DNA of 64,000 nucleotides from Mobula hypostoma (taxonomy: Eukaryota). The first letter of the stretch is position 1, and each line of letters begins with the position of its first letter. Positions 51,316-64,000 of this stretch are shown piece after piece. Under the pieces are notes generated by a model. It was not told the DNA's origin. It saw only the letters and a program-made list of their open reading frames with translations, and ran no database searches. The stretch lies in contig NC_086118.1 of NCBI RefSeq assembly GCF_963921235.1, positions 19,780,001-19,844,000 of the forward strand, read 5' to 3'. The translations under genes and the position numbers were made by a program.

Positions 51316-51914
51316 ATCGTTTCCACGGATGCTGCCCGACCTGCTGAGTTCCTCCAGCATGTTGTGAGTATTGCTTTGACCCCAGCATCTGCAGATTATT
51401 TTGTGTATAGAGTAGTACCTGTAGCAGGATCAATGAAAGTTCAACCAAAATGCAGAAGACAACCAACTGTGCGAATGCAAATACAAATAAATCGCAATAA
51501 ATAATGACAGCATGAGATAATGAGATAAAGAGTCCTTAAAGTGTTATCATTGGTTGTGGGAACATCTCAATAAATGGGTAAATGAATGTAGTCAGTGCAG
51601 TCTTTTTTGCATTTGTGAATATGAACCCCATAGGCTTTTTAAATCTAAATAGCAAAACATAGCAAGAATACTGTAGTGTGCTATACTATTCCCTGAGGAT
51701 CAATGTTTCATTTAGCTGTATACATGTGTATGGTTGGATGACAATAAACTTGAACTTGAATTTGAAAAATATTTTACAAGTTTGAACGTACTTACAAAAG
51801 CTGCCTAATTTTCACACTCTAAGGCAGTATAAATTGAATCTCCTCAATAATAGGAATGAAGGGATCCTTTATCTTGCTCTTTAACTGAAAGTAAAGGGGA
51901 AGAAAAACATGTAA

Positions 51915-52195
51915 TGGAATTGGGTGGGATGACAACCAGAAGTCATGACCTTAGGGTGAAAGTTGAGATGTTTAAGGGGAACATGAGGGGGAACACCTTT
52001 ACTCAGAGGATCGTGAGAGTGTGGACCGAACTGCCAGCATAAGTGGTGCGTGTGAGCTCAGTTTTAAAATTTAAGAGAAGTTTGGGCAGGTACATGGAGG
52101 GTAGGGGTATGGAGGGTTGTGGTTCCAGTATTTAAATGGTTCAGCATGGACAGATGGGCCAAAGGGCCTGTTTCTGAGATGTACATTTTTATGGC
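51915..52195 (+). repeat. CR1 3' fragment
   Basis: TTRSHDLRVKVEMFKGNMRGNTFTQRIVRVWTELP; GATGGGCCAAAGGGCCTGTTTCTG end. Confidence 0.8.
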
Positions 52196-53254
52196 ACAAT
52201 AGCTATTGCTAAGTTTTAAGTATTTAATCTAACAGAAGCTGTTATGAAGATGATAAACTGGATTGTACTCAGTCAAATGCAAATATGAAATTTGTGTTTC
52301 AGGCTGTAACCAGTTTTTGAGTAAGGTGAGGTTGTACTTGTGAATGATTCCACAGTACAGTTAGTACAGAGAAAAACAAAGCTAGATACAAAATGGAATG
52401 CGAGAACACTTACTTTTCTTATTTCCTTAAGGAAGCAACAACAAAAGCTCTGCACTGTATCATGCTTGTGATGCAACATAATGTCCCAAGGTGCTTTAAC
52501 CAGGGAAATATCTAACCAAATTTACCATTAAACCATGAGGAGGCATCAGGAAAAGCTGGTAAAAGCATAGTCAAAGAGGTAGGCTTGAAACTGTGAAACT
52601 TAAATGAGGAAAGAAGAGGATTGAGGCCACATTTGGAGCAAAGCAGAAATCACAAAAACTTATATGGCTAAAGTAAGTGAAGAGTCAGGCGTGGGAAATG
52701 GAAGTGAAAGGGAGGGATTTGAAAATAAAGCTGGGCAAGATTTCCTTATGATGATGGCGCGGACTGGTAGACCAGTGTAATAGGCTGAGAACAACATAAA
52801 ATAGGGTTGTTCCTCATATTGGTTCTCTCTCCATCTACTCGGAACCAGTCAGCCTTGGTGAAGGACACCGAAACCCTCATTCAGAGTACATTCCATGTCC
52901 TGGCTACCGGTTAGAGTTACACATTACACAAAGGAAATTTGGCGTGCTTTTGCTGGTGTTTCCTTTTAACCGCTGTAAGAGAATAACAGTCTTCATGTTG
53001 CTCATTCATTTGAGTTACATTTTAAATTATACTTTGAAAACATTATCACTCCAGAGTCTGTCTAGATGTACGGTACCTACCTGTGAGCAAGTAATTAATG
53101 AATCCAAGGGATTTTACTGAGTGAAGAAAAGAGCACAAATGAGAAAGGACAATTAGAAGACCACTATTCTTGGACATAAATTAAAGAAGTACCCAGTAAT
53201 AATCACACCCAGCTTCTTTTGTGCAAAGGATTACTTCAATCAGTAAAAAGGGCA

Positions 53255-54520
53255 CAGGATCAGGTTTAATATCACCAGCATATGTCATAAAATTTGTGAA
53301 CTTAGTAACAGCAGTACATTGCAATACATAATTTTAACAAAACTATAATTTACAATAAGTAGTATATATGTATATATAGGAGTGTGCAGAAGTATTAGGC
53401 ACATACATATAGCTGGGATACCTAAGATTTTTGCAAAGTACTGTACTTGTCAACATGGAGCAGAGAGTAAGTTTGTAAATCTGGTGGGGGCCACGGATAT
53501 TGGGAATAATGAGGATGGATATGTTGAGAGGGGTGTGGTTCAAGTGGCAGAGCGGAAGTTCCTGGGGTAGGGGGCAGCATGGGTGCTACTGTGACACCAG
53601 GGAAGGTCATTTGATTCCAGACAATCGGTTTATGATCATTACAAAATGTCTCTCTAGTGCTTCCCGTTCCCTCCTCTCTCCCTCCCCCTTTTTCCCAACC
53701 ACGATTCCGCTCTCCCTGCCCCCTTCCGTTCTCAGTCCACAATAAAGACCCCTATCAGAATCAGGTTTATCTTCACTCACGTATGTCATGAAAGTTGTTT
53801 TTATTTACAGCAGCAGCAGTACAGTGCAGTACATAAAAAATTACTACAGTACTGTGCAAAATTAAAAAATTAAATAAGTCGTACAAAAAGAGAGCCAAAA
53901 ATTAGTGAGGTAGTGTAGACACATTCATTGTCCATTCAGAAATCTGATGGCAGAAGGGAGGAAACTGTTCCTGAAACATTGAGTGTGTGTCTTCAGGCTC
54001 CTGTACCTCCTCTTTGATGGTAGCAATGAGAAGAGTGCCAGTCCTCGGTGTTGGGGGTCCTTAATGATGGATGCTGCCTTCTTGAGGCATCGCCTTTTAT
54101 AGGTGTCCTCGATGCTGGTGAGGCTAACGCCCTGGATGGAGCCCACTGAGTTCACAGCTTTCTGCAATCTTTTGCAATCCTGTACCGTGTCCCTTCCACA
54201 CCAGGTGGCGGTGCAGCCAGTGAGAAATTTGCGAGAGTCTTTGGTGACATACCAAGTCTCCTCGAGCTCCAAATGAAATATAGCTGCCGTTGTGCCTTCT
54301 TTGTAATTGCAACAGTAAGCTGGGCCCGGGGTCGACCTTCAGAGACACTGTCACCCAGGAACTTGAAGCTGCTCACCCTTTCCACTGCTGATCCGTCAAT
54401 GAGGACTGGTGCATGTTCCCTCAACTTCCCCTTCCTGAAGTCCACAATCAATTCTTCGGTCTTACTGACATTGAGTGCAGGGTTGTCTTTGCGATGCCAC
54501 TCAACCATCTGATGTGCCAT
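53255..54520 (-). mobile_element. Rex1/Babar 3' fragment, interrupted at ~53379-53861
   Basis: MVEWHRKDNPALNVSKTEELIVDFRK, KKAQRQLYF and LLPSKRRYRSLKTHTQCFRNSFLPSAIRFLN. Confidence 0.88.
53379..53861. mobile_element. Tc1/mariner-like MITE inverted repeats around ~400 bp of passenger DNA
   Basis: TGTGCAGAAGTATTAGG (53383-53399) is an imperfect inverted repeat of CCTAAGATTTTTGCAAAGTACTG+TA (53421-53445). A third copy, TA+CAGTACTGTGCAAAA, lies at 53845-53861. Insertion site is a TA run. Confidence 0.6.
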
Positions 54521-57181
54521 AAACATCCCGGAGTTCACCATTGACTGGAAAGCTTTGTGGGCCAGCTACATAAATACCAGAGGCTGAGGTACTGCTGCTA
54601 GAACGCTTCTCCTGTCTCCCTTATGCCTTTCTCATGACTGAAAGGCATGTGTAGGATGAAATGCTCTCCACTTGCCTAGATAAGTGAAGCTCCAACAATA
54701 ATCAAAATACTCAACATCATTCAAGGCAAAGAAGTCGAATGAGTAGCATCCCATGTACCAGGTTAGATAAACACTACAATCATAGAAGCCCATGGGGTTG
54801 CAGCATGTGCCATCCACAAATTCCACTGCAGAAACTCATCAAAGCATTTTCTGTACCTCCATGCTCTCAAACATCAAAGAGGGCCAATGGCAGGAGGCAT
54901 ACAAGCACATCATCGCCAGAGAGTATCCTTTGAAGTCATACACTACCTGGATCAGAAATATTCCTACTTTACTGTCTCCAAGACTAGCACTGGAACCTCA
55001 TACACAATAATTCACCCTACTAACTACAGCAGTTCGATTCACCACCATTTTCTCAAGGACAAGTAAAAATCAGTTTTAAAATGATAGTTTTGTCAGTTCA
55101 TGTTCACAAATGCTAAAAACAGACTGCACTGTTTTGAAAATTGATTAGCAGGTCCACAGGATACTAAAGTTGACATCAAAATTATTCATAGTACAAAATT
55201 CTACATCCTAATGTGTCCACAGTCTCTGTGTGCTCATGCATCTTAAACAGATGCACATTTCTTGATTTGCTCAGAAGAAAATAAGCACATATCATCTCAT
55301 CTATTCTCATAATGTAAAACTTTGTCCTGTAATTACCTGCATCAAAAAATGACAGAAAACCTTAAAATATCTATGCACCAGTTATCAGCCTTGTGCAATG
55401 ATAAACTGTTAACTGACTAATATGGCACATATACAGTACAAGCAAGAAAACTGCATCAATGAGTCACTCAAATAATCTTTTGGCAACTGAGGAAAAGCAA
55501 ATAATACTGATATTTTGCAGAGATTGTCATTTGAAAATTGATTGTCATTTGAAAGAGATTGTTATTTGAAAAATAAAGTTCCTTTACAATGGACAATTGT
55601 GTTTCTAGTCTCAACAGAAACATTTTGTTTAACCCTTCCACTCTGGGAAGAAAGAAAACTAGGAGAAGCATAACACCATGAAGAACATGATACTTGGTGG
55701 CACTGATGTGATAAAATGTTATTAAAGTATACACTTACTGCTGACAGTCACTTCTACTTCCAGAGTTTTTGAAGCATTTACAATGGCTACTTTTGTGATA
55801 CTAAATATTATTTTTAAATTAAACTTTATTGTGCACATCCATCATTGATGCTCTCTCATATTATCATTAACCTTATAAAACTGCACTCCAATCATCAGTA
55901 AGTAGAGATCTCAAGTGGTTTTCTTTACTCAATTGTGTTCTGAGTTTAAGCTTCATGTACTCTTATGGAAGCAATATCACTCACCTCCAAACATACCTTG
56001 GGAAATGTCTACTTGGTAAAGGGATATAATCTGATTATAATCTGATGTGCTATTTTATCTACTGACATTTGAAGAAGATGGAGTGGATGTGCAAGTGATC
56101 AAATAACACTAGAAAGCTTTGATTGTAATATTATCCTAAAGGAAAATATAGTTTTGCTGATATCAAAAAGTAGGATGAATTTGAAAGGTTTACTGGTGAT
56201 TAATCTATAGCCAATTTTAAGGAACACACTGTAGCATTGTTTGAGAATGAGTTCAGGACAAGCAGACCTTTGAAAGGTCTGCTGATTGAAGAATACCAAC
56301 AGACATATAATTCTTTATCTCCTCAACAAAGAATTGTCCAGAGGGTTGCCTTTCTTCCTTAAAAGATGCTAACTATCAAAATGTGTCTCACTAAATTACT
56401 TCACATCATTTCGTTCAGATCCTATGGGAAAGAATGTGGATAATTTTTTGCCAGCTATAAAAGATCTAAAAAGGGGGAGTAACTTATAGATACTTTTCTA
56501 ATAATTGATGCAAACAACTGATTGGATGTAATTTGCAGAAGGCTGCTAGAAGAGGTGGCCTAAATCTTAACCTTATTAATAGGCTAGCTAAATATAGCAT
56601 AGAGATATTCATTTGTTTAGTGGCCAAACTAAACCAAGACAATTACCGCTGCTGGTGACCCTACAGATTTGCTATACTTGCATGACAAACCCTGACTCCA
56701 ATAATTATTGCTCAAAAGTCAAGGATATGTATTCAATCCTTTGCAATTATCAAACCTTGAAGCAATGAAACTTAAGCGTCCCAAAGTGTAAGCTCAGCAT
56801 AATTGATCGGTCAGCAAAAGATATGACCTCCATCAGTCCCCAGCTGCTACAAACTGCAATGAGCAAAGCATGAATATGTGACTTATTCCCTTCACTTTTA
56901 CCATGCCCACACTTATGTGACTAGTTACCGTAATAAATATAATAAACACACAACATAGAATAGAATGCAGATAGAGAGCAGATGCATGGCCCCTACGCTT
57001 TGTACTGTGGGCATTTTAATCAAAATAAAACAGAACCTGACGTAAGATATCAGAGTTCTTCACAGCTAGGACACAGAGATCATTACAGAAAACTGCACTA
57101 ATTGGCTTGAATATCAACATTGTTACAGTGAATGAGACAGGGAAGATTGGATAAGATAGAAGGTGCTCTTACTTCTATACA

Positions 57182-57646
57182 AGCAACACACAAAATGCTG
57201 GAGGTATCCAGCAGGCCAGGCAGCATCAAAGGGAAAAAAACAGCTGACATTTTGTGCCAAGACCCTTCATCGGAAAAAAGATGAGGATTCAGAGTAAGAA
57301 GGTGGGGGGAGGGGAGGAAGAAACATAAGGTGATATATGAAACCCGAAGGGGGGGAAGAGGTGAGGTAAAGAGTGGGGAAGTTGATTGGTGAAAGAGATA
57401 AAGGGCTGGAGAAGGGGGAATCTGATAGGAGGGGACAGAAGGTGATGGAAGAACGAAAAGGGGGAGGAGGACCAGAGGGAGGTGATGGGCGGGCATAGAG
57501 ATAAGCTGAGAGAGGAAAATGAGAATGGGGAATGGTGAAGTGACGGCGGGGCATTACCAGAAGTTTGAGAAATTGACCCTCATGCCATCAAGCTGGAGGC
57601 TGCAGCATTTTGTGTGTGTTGCTTGGATTTCCAGCATGTGCAGATT
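57182..57646 (-). mobile_element. Solo Penelope pseudo-LTR with an inverted tail piece
   Basis: Minus: SLQLDGMRVNFSNFW, UTR and decayed hammerhead (57241-57273). Plus tail at 57603-57646. TSD TTCTATACA (57173-57181, 57647-57655). Confidence 0.88.
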
Positions 57647-58562
57647 TTCTATACAGATAGGCAGACTGGATGGTGTAGGATTTGTAATTTGTGGAAAAGT
57701 TGAAACACAAAAATGTCCAATGCTTGAAAAAACAATGAAATTGAACAAATATTCTGTTCTCATTAGTGCCTATGTATCATTAATGACAACTAAAAGTGAG
57801 GTGGCAGAGCAATTTTGTAGTCACCAACAATGATTCAAAATATTGAACGAGCATCAGGCTGACAAAATAATCGTCACTAGAATAAATTAGCAAAGGTGCC
57901 AATGACTGAAATACAATAAAATTGACGAGGCAAATTGTGATAACATGCTGATTGAGTACCCTGACCGTGATCTTGTCATTGTTCGTGCAGTTTTTTGTAC
58001 CAGTCAGACAAGCGCAGAATATGCTCAATTTTCTTTTAAATTCAGAACAAGCATCTTGTCAATAATATCGTCTTGGCAATATGGCTGGTAGATTCTGCCA
58101 TGATCTTATTAAGTGACATTGAAGACATGAGGAATGGAATGACCTTCATCTGGTTCTGTCTTTTGTATTCTTATGTTCCAACTTGCTATCATATTCTATG
58201 TTGTAACCTTCTCATCCATCACACTACTCTCTTCACCAGTACACAGTAAACCCTGCTCCTCCAGCCCCTCAAATCTACAATATCCTCAGCTTACTATGTT
58301 TCTCCCTATTTCTATTGCAGAATCCAGCATTGCCATCCACTTCTTCAAAGTTTTTATCCTTCTTGACTTCAGTCGCAGCAGTCCATTGAACAATGCAGTG
58401 GCCATGACATAATGTAACGATCTCTCTATGATTATCACTTTAGTGAAGCTATCACAGTAATACGAATACATCAGGTAGATCTCCCACAGAGATTGATATA
58501 AACACTCACATTGACTCATTGACTACAGATATGGCACTTACCAATTTTTATTGATGCCCCAT

Positions 58563-58712
58563 AGAAAGTTTCCTGATTGATCAGGACATCAAAGGATATG
58601 GCAAAAAGGCAGGTGTATGGGGTTCAATGGGATCCGGGATTAGCCGTGATGAAATGGTGGAGAAGACTAGATGGGCTGAATGGCCTACTTCTGCTCCTAT
58701 GTCTTATGGTCT
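58563..58712 (+). repeat. CR1 3' end
   Basis: GATGGGCTGAATGGCCTACTTCTGCTCCTATGTCTTATGGTCT terminus. Confidence 0.85.
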
Positions 58713-58714
58713 AA

Positions 58715-59198
58715 AGCATAACAGCTTGGTATGGTAGTTGCTCAAGTAATTACAGAGAGTTGAGGACACAGCTCAGCACATTGCAGGATCCAACCTCTAC
58801 TTCTTGGTGCTTCAGTAGAGTAGCCAGCATAAAGAATGACCCCCACACACCCCGGGAATTCTCTCATCTCCGCTCTCCCATTGGGCAGAAGATAAAAAAG
58901 CCTGGAAGTATGTAGCACCAGCTCAAGGACAGTTTCCATCCCATTGTTATCAGACCCTTGAATGGATCTCATGCATGATAAAATGGGCTCTTGCCCTCAA
59001 AACTACCTCATTATCATCTTGTTTACTTGGACTGCGCTTTTTCCAGTAGCTTTTATACTTTTTTCTGCATTGTTACTGTGTTACCTTATTCCAGCTCACT
59101 GCACAGTATAATAATTTGATTTGTGTGAACAGCATGCAAGGCAAGCTTTTCTCTGATTCTTGACACAGCTAACAATAATAAACCAATACCAATACCAA
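58715..59198 (+). repeat. Rex1/Babar 3' fragment
   Basis: SITAWYGSCS..LQRV and LPLGRR*KSL remnants; (ACCAAT)n tail. Confidence 0.75.
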
Positions 59199-59929
59199 CC
59201 ATCTGGGGAGGTGCCACTGCTCTGCAAGGATTGATGGACGTGATCATGACCATTATTCACCAGATAGAGGAGAATAATAATATTAGCTAACATGCATTTT
59301 CACCACTTGCAAACAACTGAGAGAAAATTTATAAGCAGGGCACTCAATCACCTACTGGAAAATGTCATTAACTCAGTCCCCAAAAGCAAAACCTGGTGTT
59401 AATTAAGTTACAACACCAATAATATTACTTGACAAATTCAGTAGAAATGTCTGAAGCAACATTAAATATTCAACATTCTTATTGTTCTAGCCAAAGTTAA
59501 TGAAATGGCCACACAAAGTGTGCTATGAAACCACTGCTTTGGAGTTAAATTGCATCGGAGTTTTTGTTACTCCAGCTAATATTATTCTCCGTCCTACTGA
59601 TACTAGCTTTGAAGAGTTAAATTAGAAGGGAGAGATTATGTGGTGCCTGATAGCGGAGTCTGGTCTAGTTACATGACTACACCATCATGCCCAGATGTAC
59701 AATTATTCAAAAAGCAATAATTTGTTACTGTAACAACATGTTTATATTTTAAATCATTTAATGGAAACTTTTATTAACCGTAGTGAACATCACATGACCC
59801 AATGGTAGTTGAAGATTTGGAGACTGCTTTAATAAAATGGTAAAGGCCTACATTGGCCCTACAGTTTGGTTACAAAAAAGTTGCTAATTAAATTCAATAA
59901 TATTATTCGACAAATTCTGAAGCACATTT

Positions 59930-60195
59930 TAGAGTAGAGGGCCGTCTATTTAGAATGCAGATGGAAAGGAATTTCTTTAGCCAGAGGCTGGTGAATCGGT
60001 AGAATTTGTTGCCTCAGGCAGCTATTGAGGCCAGGTTATTGGGTGTATTTAAGGCAAAGGTTGGTTAGTCAGGGGTGAAAGGTTACAGGGAGAAGACTGG
60101 ACAATGGGGCTGAGAGGGCCATGATGAAATAGTGGAGCAGATTTGTTGGACTGAATGGCCTAATTCTGCTCCTATATTTTACTGTCTTTATGGTC
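59930..60195 (+). repeat. CR1 3' fragment
   Basis: RNFFSQRLVN remnant; GAATGGCCTAATTCTGCTCCTAT end. Confidence 0.8.
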
Positions 60196-60284
60196 AATAA
60201 CAAATACAACTCTGTGCATTGATTAACGTGTGTATCATAAATAGTGAACAGAAATTAATTGAGAAAAAGTGACAGGTGTAATCA

Positions 60285-60975
60285 TGTAAAGCTGAGACTG
60301 ATGATAGAAGATGGATCAGCATACAGAAAGGAGACAGAAAACTTGGCTGAGTGATGTAATAAAACAATCTCTCGCTCAATATCAGTAAGATGAAAGAACT
60401 GATTGTAGACTTCGAGAGAGGGAAACCAGAGGTCCATGAGCCAGTAATCATCGAAGAATCTGAGGTGGAGAGGTCAGTAACTTTAAATTCCTGGGAGTCA
60501 CTATCTCAAAGGTCCTGTCCTGGACCCATCACAAAAATATTATTGCAAAGAAAGCACAACAGTGCATCTACTTCCTCGGGAGTCGGTGGAGGTTCGACAA
60601 GTCATCAAAAACCTTGTCAAACTTCTATAGATGTGTGATGGAACGTGTGCTGACAGGCTGCATTGCAGCCTGGTGTGGGAACTCCAATGACATTGTGCAG
60701 AAAATCCTACAAAAGATAGTAGATTTGGCCCAGTACTTCACAAGTAAAACCATCCCAAACATTGAGCACATCTACATGAAACGTTGCCAGAGAAAAGCAG
60801 CATCCATCATCAAAGGTCCTCACTGCTACCATCAGGTAAAAGGTACAGATGCCTCGAGACTCTCACCACCAGGTTCAAGAACAGTTACTACTCCTCAACC
60901 AACAGACTATTGAACAAAAGGGGATTGATATCTGCATTTGCATAGTTTGTTTACAGTTTATAGTTCCTGATGTTT
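60285..60975 (+). repeat. Rex1/Babar RT C-terminal fragment
   Basis: NNLSLNISKMKELIVDFERG, NFYRCVMERVLTGCIAAWCGN and KAASIIK. Confidence 0.85.
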
Positions 60976-60979
60976 AGGT

Positions 60980-63435
60980 AAGAACATAAAGAATACAGCA
61001 GGAGTAGGCATTCTGGCCTGTCAAGCCTGATCTGCCATTCAATAAGATCATGGCTGATCTGACCATGGACTCATCTCCACCTACCAGCCTTTTCCTCATA
61101 ACCCTTAATTCCCCTACTATGCAAAAATCTATCCAACTTTGTCTTAAATATATTCAATGAGGTAGTCTCCACTGCTTCATTGAGCGGAGAATTCCACAGA
61201 TTCACCACTCTCTGGGAAAAGCAGTTCCTCCTCATCTCTGACCTAAATCTACTCCCCCAAATCTTGAGGCTATGTCCCCTAGTTCTAGTCTCACCTACCA
61301 GTGGAAACAACTTCCCTGCCTCTATCTTAACTATCCCTTTCATAATTTTATATGTTTCTATAAGATCTCCTCTCATTGTTCTGAATTCCAGCAAGCACTA
61401 CAGTCCCAGGCGACTCAATCTCTCTTCATAGTCTAACCCCTTCATCCCTGGAATCAACCTAGTGAACCTCCTCTGCACCACCTCCAAAGCCAGTATATCC
61501 CTTCATCAAGTAACGAGAGCAGAACTGCATGCAGTACTCCAGGTGTGGCCTCACCAGTACCCCGTACAGTTGCAGCATAACCTCCCTGCTCTTAAATTCA
61601 ATCCCTCAAACAATGAAGGCCAACATTCCATTTGCCCTCTTGATAGCCTGCAGCACCTGCAAACCAACCTTTCCTGATTCATGCATGAGCACTCCCAAGT
61701 CCTTCTGCACAGCAGCATGTTGCAAGTTTTAACATTTAAATAATAATCTGATCTTTCATTTTTCCTTCCAAAATGAATTTACCAACATTGTACTCCATCT
61801 GCCAGACCCTTCCCCACTCACTTAACCTACCTGTATCTCTCTGCAAACTTTCCGCATCCTCTGCACAATTTGCTTTTCCACTCAGTTTAGTGTCATCAGC
61901 AAACTTTGATACACTACACTCGGTCCCCTCTTCTAGATTGCTAATGTATATCGTGAACAGCTAGGGGCCCATCACCAGCCCCTGTGGTACACCACTCACC
62001 ACTGATTGCCAACCGGAGAAACACCCAAGTTCCCAACTCTCTGCTTTCTGTTGGTTAACTGATTCTCTGTACATGCTACTACATCAACCCGAAGTCTACG
62101 CATCTTTATCTTACGGATAAGTCTTTAATGTGGCACTTTATTGAATGCCTTCTGGAAATCCAAGTAAATAACGTCCATCTGCTCCCCACCATCCACTGCA
62201 CTTGTTATATCCTCAAGGAACTTCAGTGTTTGTCAAACAGGACCTGCCTTTGCTGAATTCATGCTGTGTCTACATGATGGATGCATTTCTTTCCAGATGT
62301 CTCACTATTTCTTCTTCAAGCATTTTCCCAACTACAGATGTTGAACTAATTGGCCTATAGTTACCTGCCTTTTGCCTACATCCTTTTTTGAACAGTGGCA
62401 GGACATTCACCTTCCAATCCACCAAGACCTGCCCAGCGTCCAGAGAATTTTCGTAAATTATCACCAAAGCCTCAACTATAACCTCTGCCATTTCTTTCAG
62501 TACCCTAGGATGCATTCCATCAGGACCAGGGGACTTGTCAATCTTTTAGCCCACAAGTTTGCTCAGTACTACTTCTTTAGTGATAGCTATTGTATCGAGG
62601 TCCTCACCTCACATCACATCCATATCATCTCTTTTTGTCATATTAGACATATCCTCCACTGTGAAGACCGACACAAAATAGTTATTTAAAGCCTCTGCCA
62701 TTTCCTCATTACCCAACATCAATTCCCACTTCTTGTCCTCCAAGGGATGCACATTCACTTTGTCCACCCTTTTCCACTTTATATAACTATAAAAACTTTT
62801 ACTATCCCTTTTTATATTTTGTGCTAGTTTATTTACATAACCTATCTTCCCTTTCTTTATTGCTCGCTTAGTGGTCCTTTGATGCTTTATGAAGTTTTCC
62901 CAAGCTTTCTGTTTCCCACTACTCTTAGCAACTTTGTATGCACGAGCTTTTAGTTTGCCCACCCTTACTATCCTTGCTTTTAACTGGAATATACCTTTGT
63001 TGAGCACTGTGAAAAATCTCTTTGAAAGTCTTCTGCTGTTCCTCAGCCATCTCACCATATAGCCTGTGTTCCCAGTCTACCCTATCCAACTCCTCCCTCA
63101 TCCCATTGTAGTCTCCCTTGTTTAGGCATAATACATTAGTTTTAGATCGAACTATTGCACTCTCCATTTGTATGAGAAACTCAATCATACTGTGATCACT
63201 CTTTCCGAGAGGATCCCTAACTATAAGATTGCTAATTTTACCTGTCTCATTGCAGAAGACCAGATCCAAAATAATATGTTCCCTTGTAGATTCAGTAACA
63301 TCCTGTTCGAGAAAGCTGTCACATATGCATTCTATGAAGTACTCCTCAAGACTGCCTTGAACATCTTGATTCACCCAATCTATGTGCAAGTTAAAGTTCC
63401 CCATGATAACTGCTGTTCCATTCTTACATGCTTCA
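60980..63435 (-). mobile_element. CR1 LINE ORF2 pseudogene (partial endonuclease + RT) with 3' UTR
   Basis: MGNFNLHIDW, PLGKSDHSMIEF, HPRVLKE, NYRPISSTSVVGKML, SKFADDTK and RGDLIETYKI. Confidence 0.92.
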
Positions 63436-64000
63436 AATATGACAGTTTACAGTTACTATTCTATAGATTTGCTAAGTAAGTCTGCAGAAAAATAATCTTA
63501 GGGTTGTATGTGGTGACATGTATGTACTCTGATTACTTTGAACTTTGAACTTTAAAAGTAATGGCCTGATGAGGTGGATAACATATCAATCAAAGCACAG
63601 AATCTTGTATTTATACAGCATCCTTGAAATTGAAAAACATCCTAAGATGTTTCATGAGTATAATTGAGCAAATGTGATAGGGAAAGATTGCTTTACGTTT
63701 TAACAGATAATCTTTCATCATAACTAGTGATAGCTGACAGGCTTAGAAAATGCACATTAGTGCGTTGCTTTCTTTTTATTTCTGGATTTTACTTAAGGTT
63801 ATAAGAACGCATGAAATGAGATTACAAAGGGCAGGGAGACACTATAAAGTCCAGGAAGGAAACTAATATATCAGGAAAACAATGGACGATTAACAGACAT
63901 GTGAACTGGCAGGGAAAACCTGGATACAGATCACATGTAGGCAGATGTAGGATTAGTTTAGATTGGCATCATAGACTGAAGGGCCTTTTCCTGTGCTGTA

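Larger units (their letters stand above)
48617..51405 (+). mobile_element. Penelope-like retroelement (probably Neptune-type), near complete
   Basis: N-terminal LSKGLTFVP, IKPADKGGAVV, FYLLPKIHKP, RT FLRYIDDYIG, GIY-YIG VIYCIRCSRCGLLYIGETRRRLGDRFVEH, then a 3' pseudo-LTR. Imperfect TSD TACAGAATAG (48607-48616) vs TATAGAGTAG (51406-51415). Confidence 0.95.
48380..51590 (-). repeat. Rex1/Babar 3'-UTR fragments (48380-48616, 51406-51590) hosting the PLE insertion
   Basis: Two TCAAAGTAA..TTATT.TCAAAGTA tails matching 24010-24300; host sequence resumes after 51405. Confidence 0.7.

Noticed and set aside
53925..54272. Similarity to the so-called ALKBH8 N-terminal domain often annotated on such ORFs
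   Set aside because: This sequence is the Rex1/Babar ORF C-terminus and recurs many times in the window as a repeat.
55739..55800. Possible minus-strand exon (ITKVAIVNASKTLEVEVTVS, donor GTAAGT)
   Set aside because: The acceptor lacks a pyrimidine tract (AAAAATAATATTTAG) and the peptide is not recognisable.
58173..58519. Short ORFs on both strands as exons
   Set aside because: No recognisable domain or convincing splice-site pair; more like a decayed LINE 3' end or chance.

Overview
Eukaryotic, repeat-dominated genomic DNA with no recognisable host protein-coding gene, rRNA, tRNA or CRISPR array. The repeat mix suggests a cartilaginous fish, probably a ray or skate (inference): CR1 LINEs with (TTTCTATG)n tails, Rex1/Babar LINEs, fish-type L1, RTE, Penelope-like elements (PLEs), Gypsy-type solo LTRs, V- and Deu-type SINEs, and a Tc1-like MITE. 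Nearly all listed ORFs are broken retrotransposon frames or their antisense shadows. Main points: (1) a near-complete PLE (RT + GIY-YIG) whose 3' pseudo-LTR carries a decayed minimal hammerhead-ribozyme motif, with three more decayed copies that together rebuild an intact consensus; (2) an L1 insertion whose 5' junction carries a ~285-bp templated copy of DNA lying ~800 bp downstream of the insertion site; (3) several multi-layer nested insertions with readable target-site duplications (TSDs); (4) a few weak minus-strand exon candidates in unique sequence. I found no convincing wholly new biological system. Family names come from recalled motifs, not database searches, and boundaries without a stated TSD are approximate.
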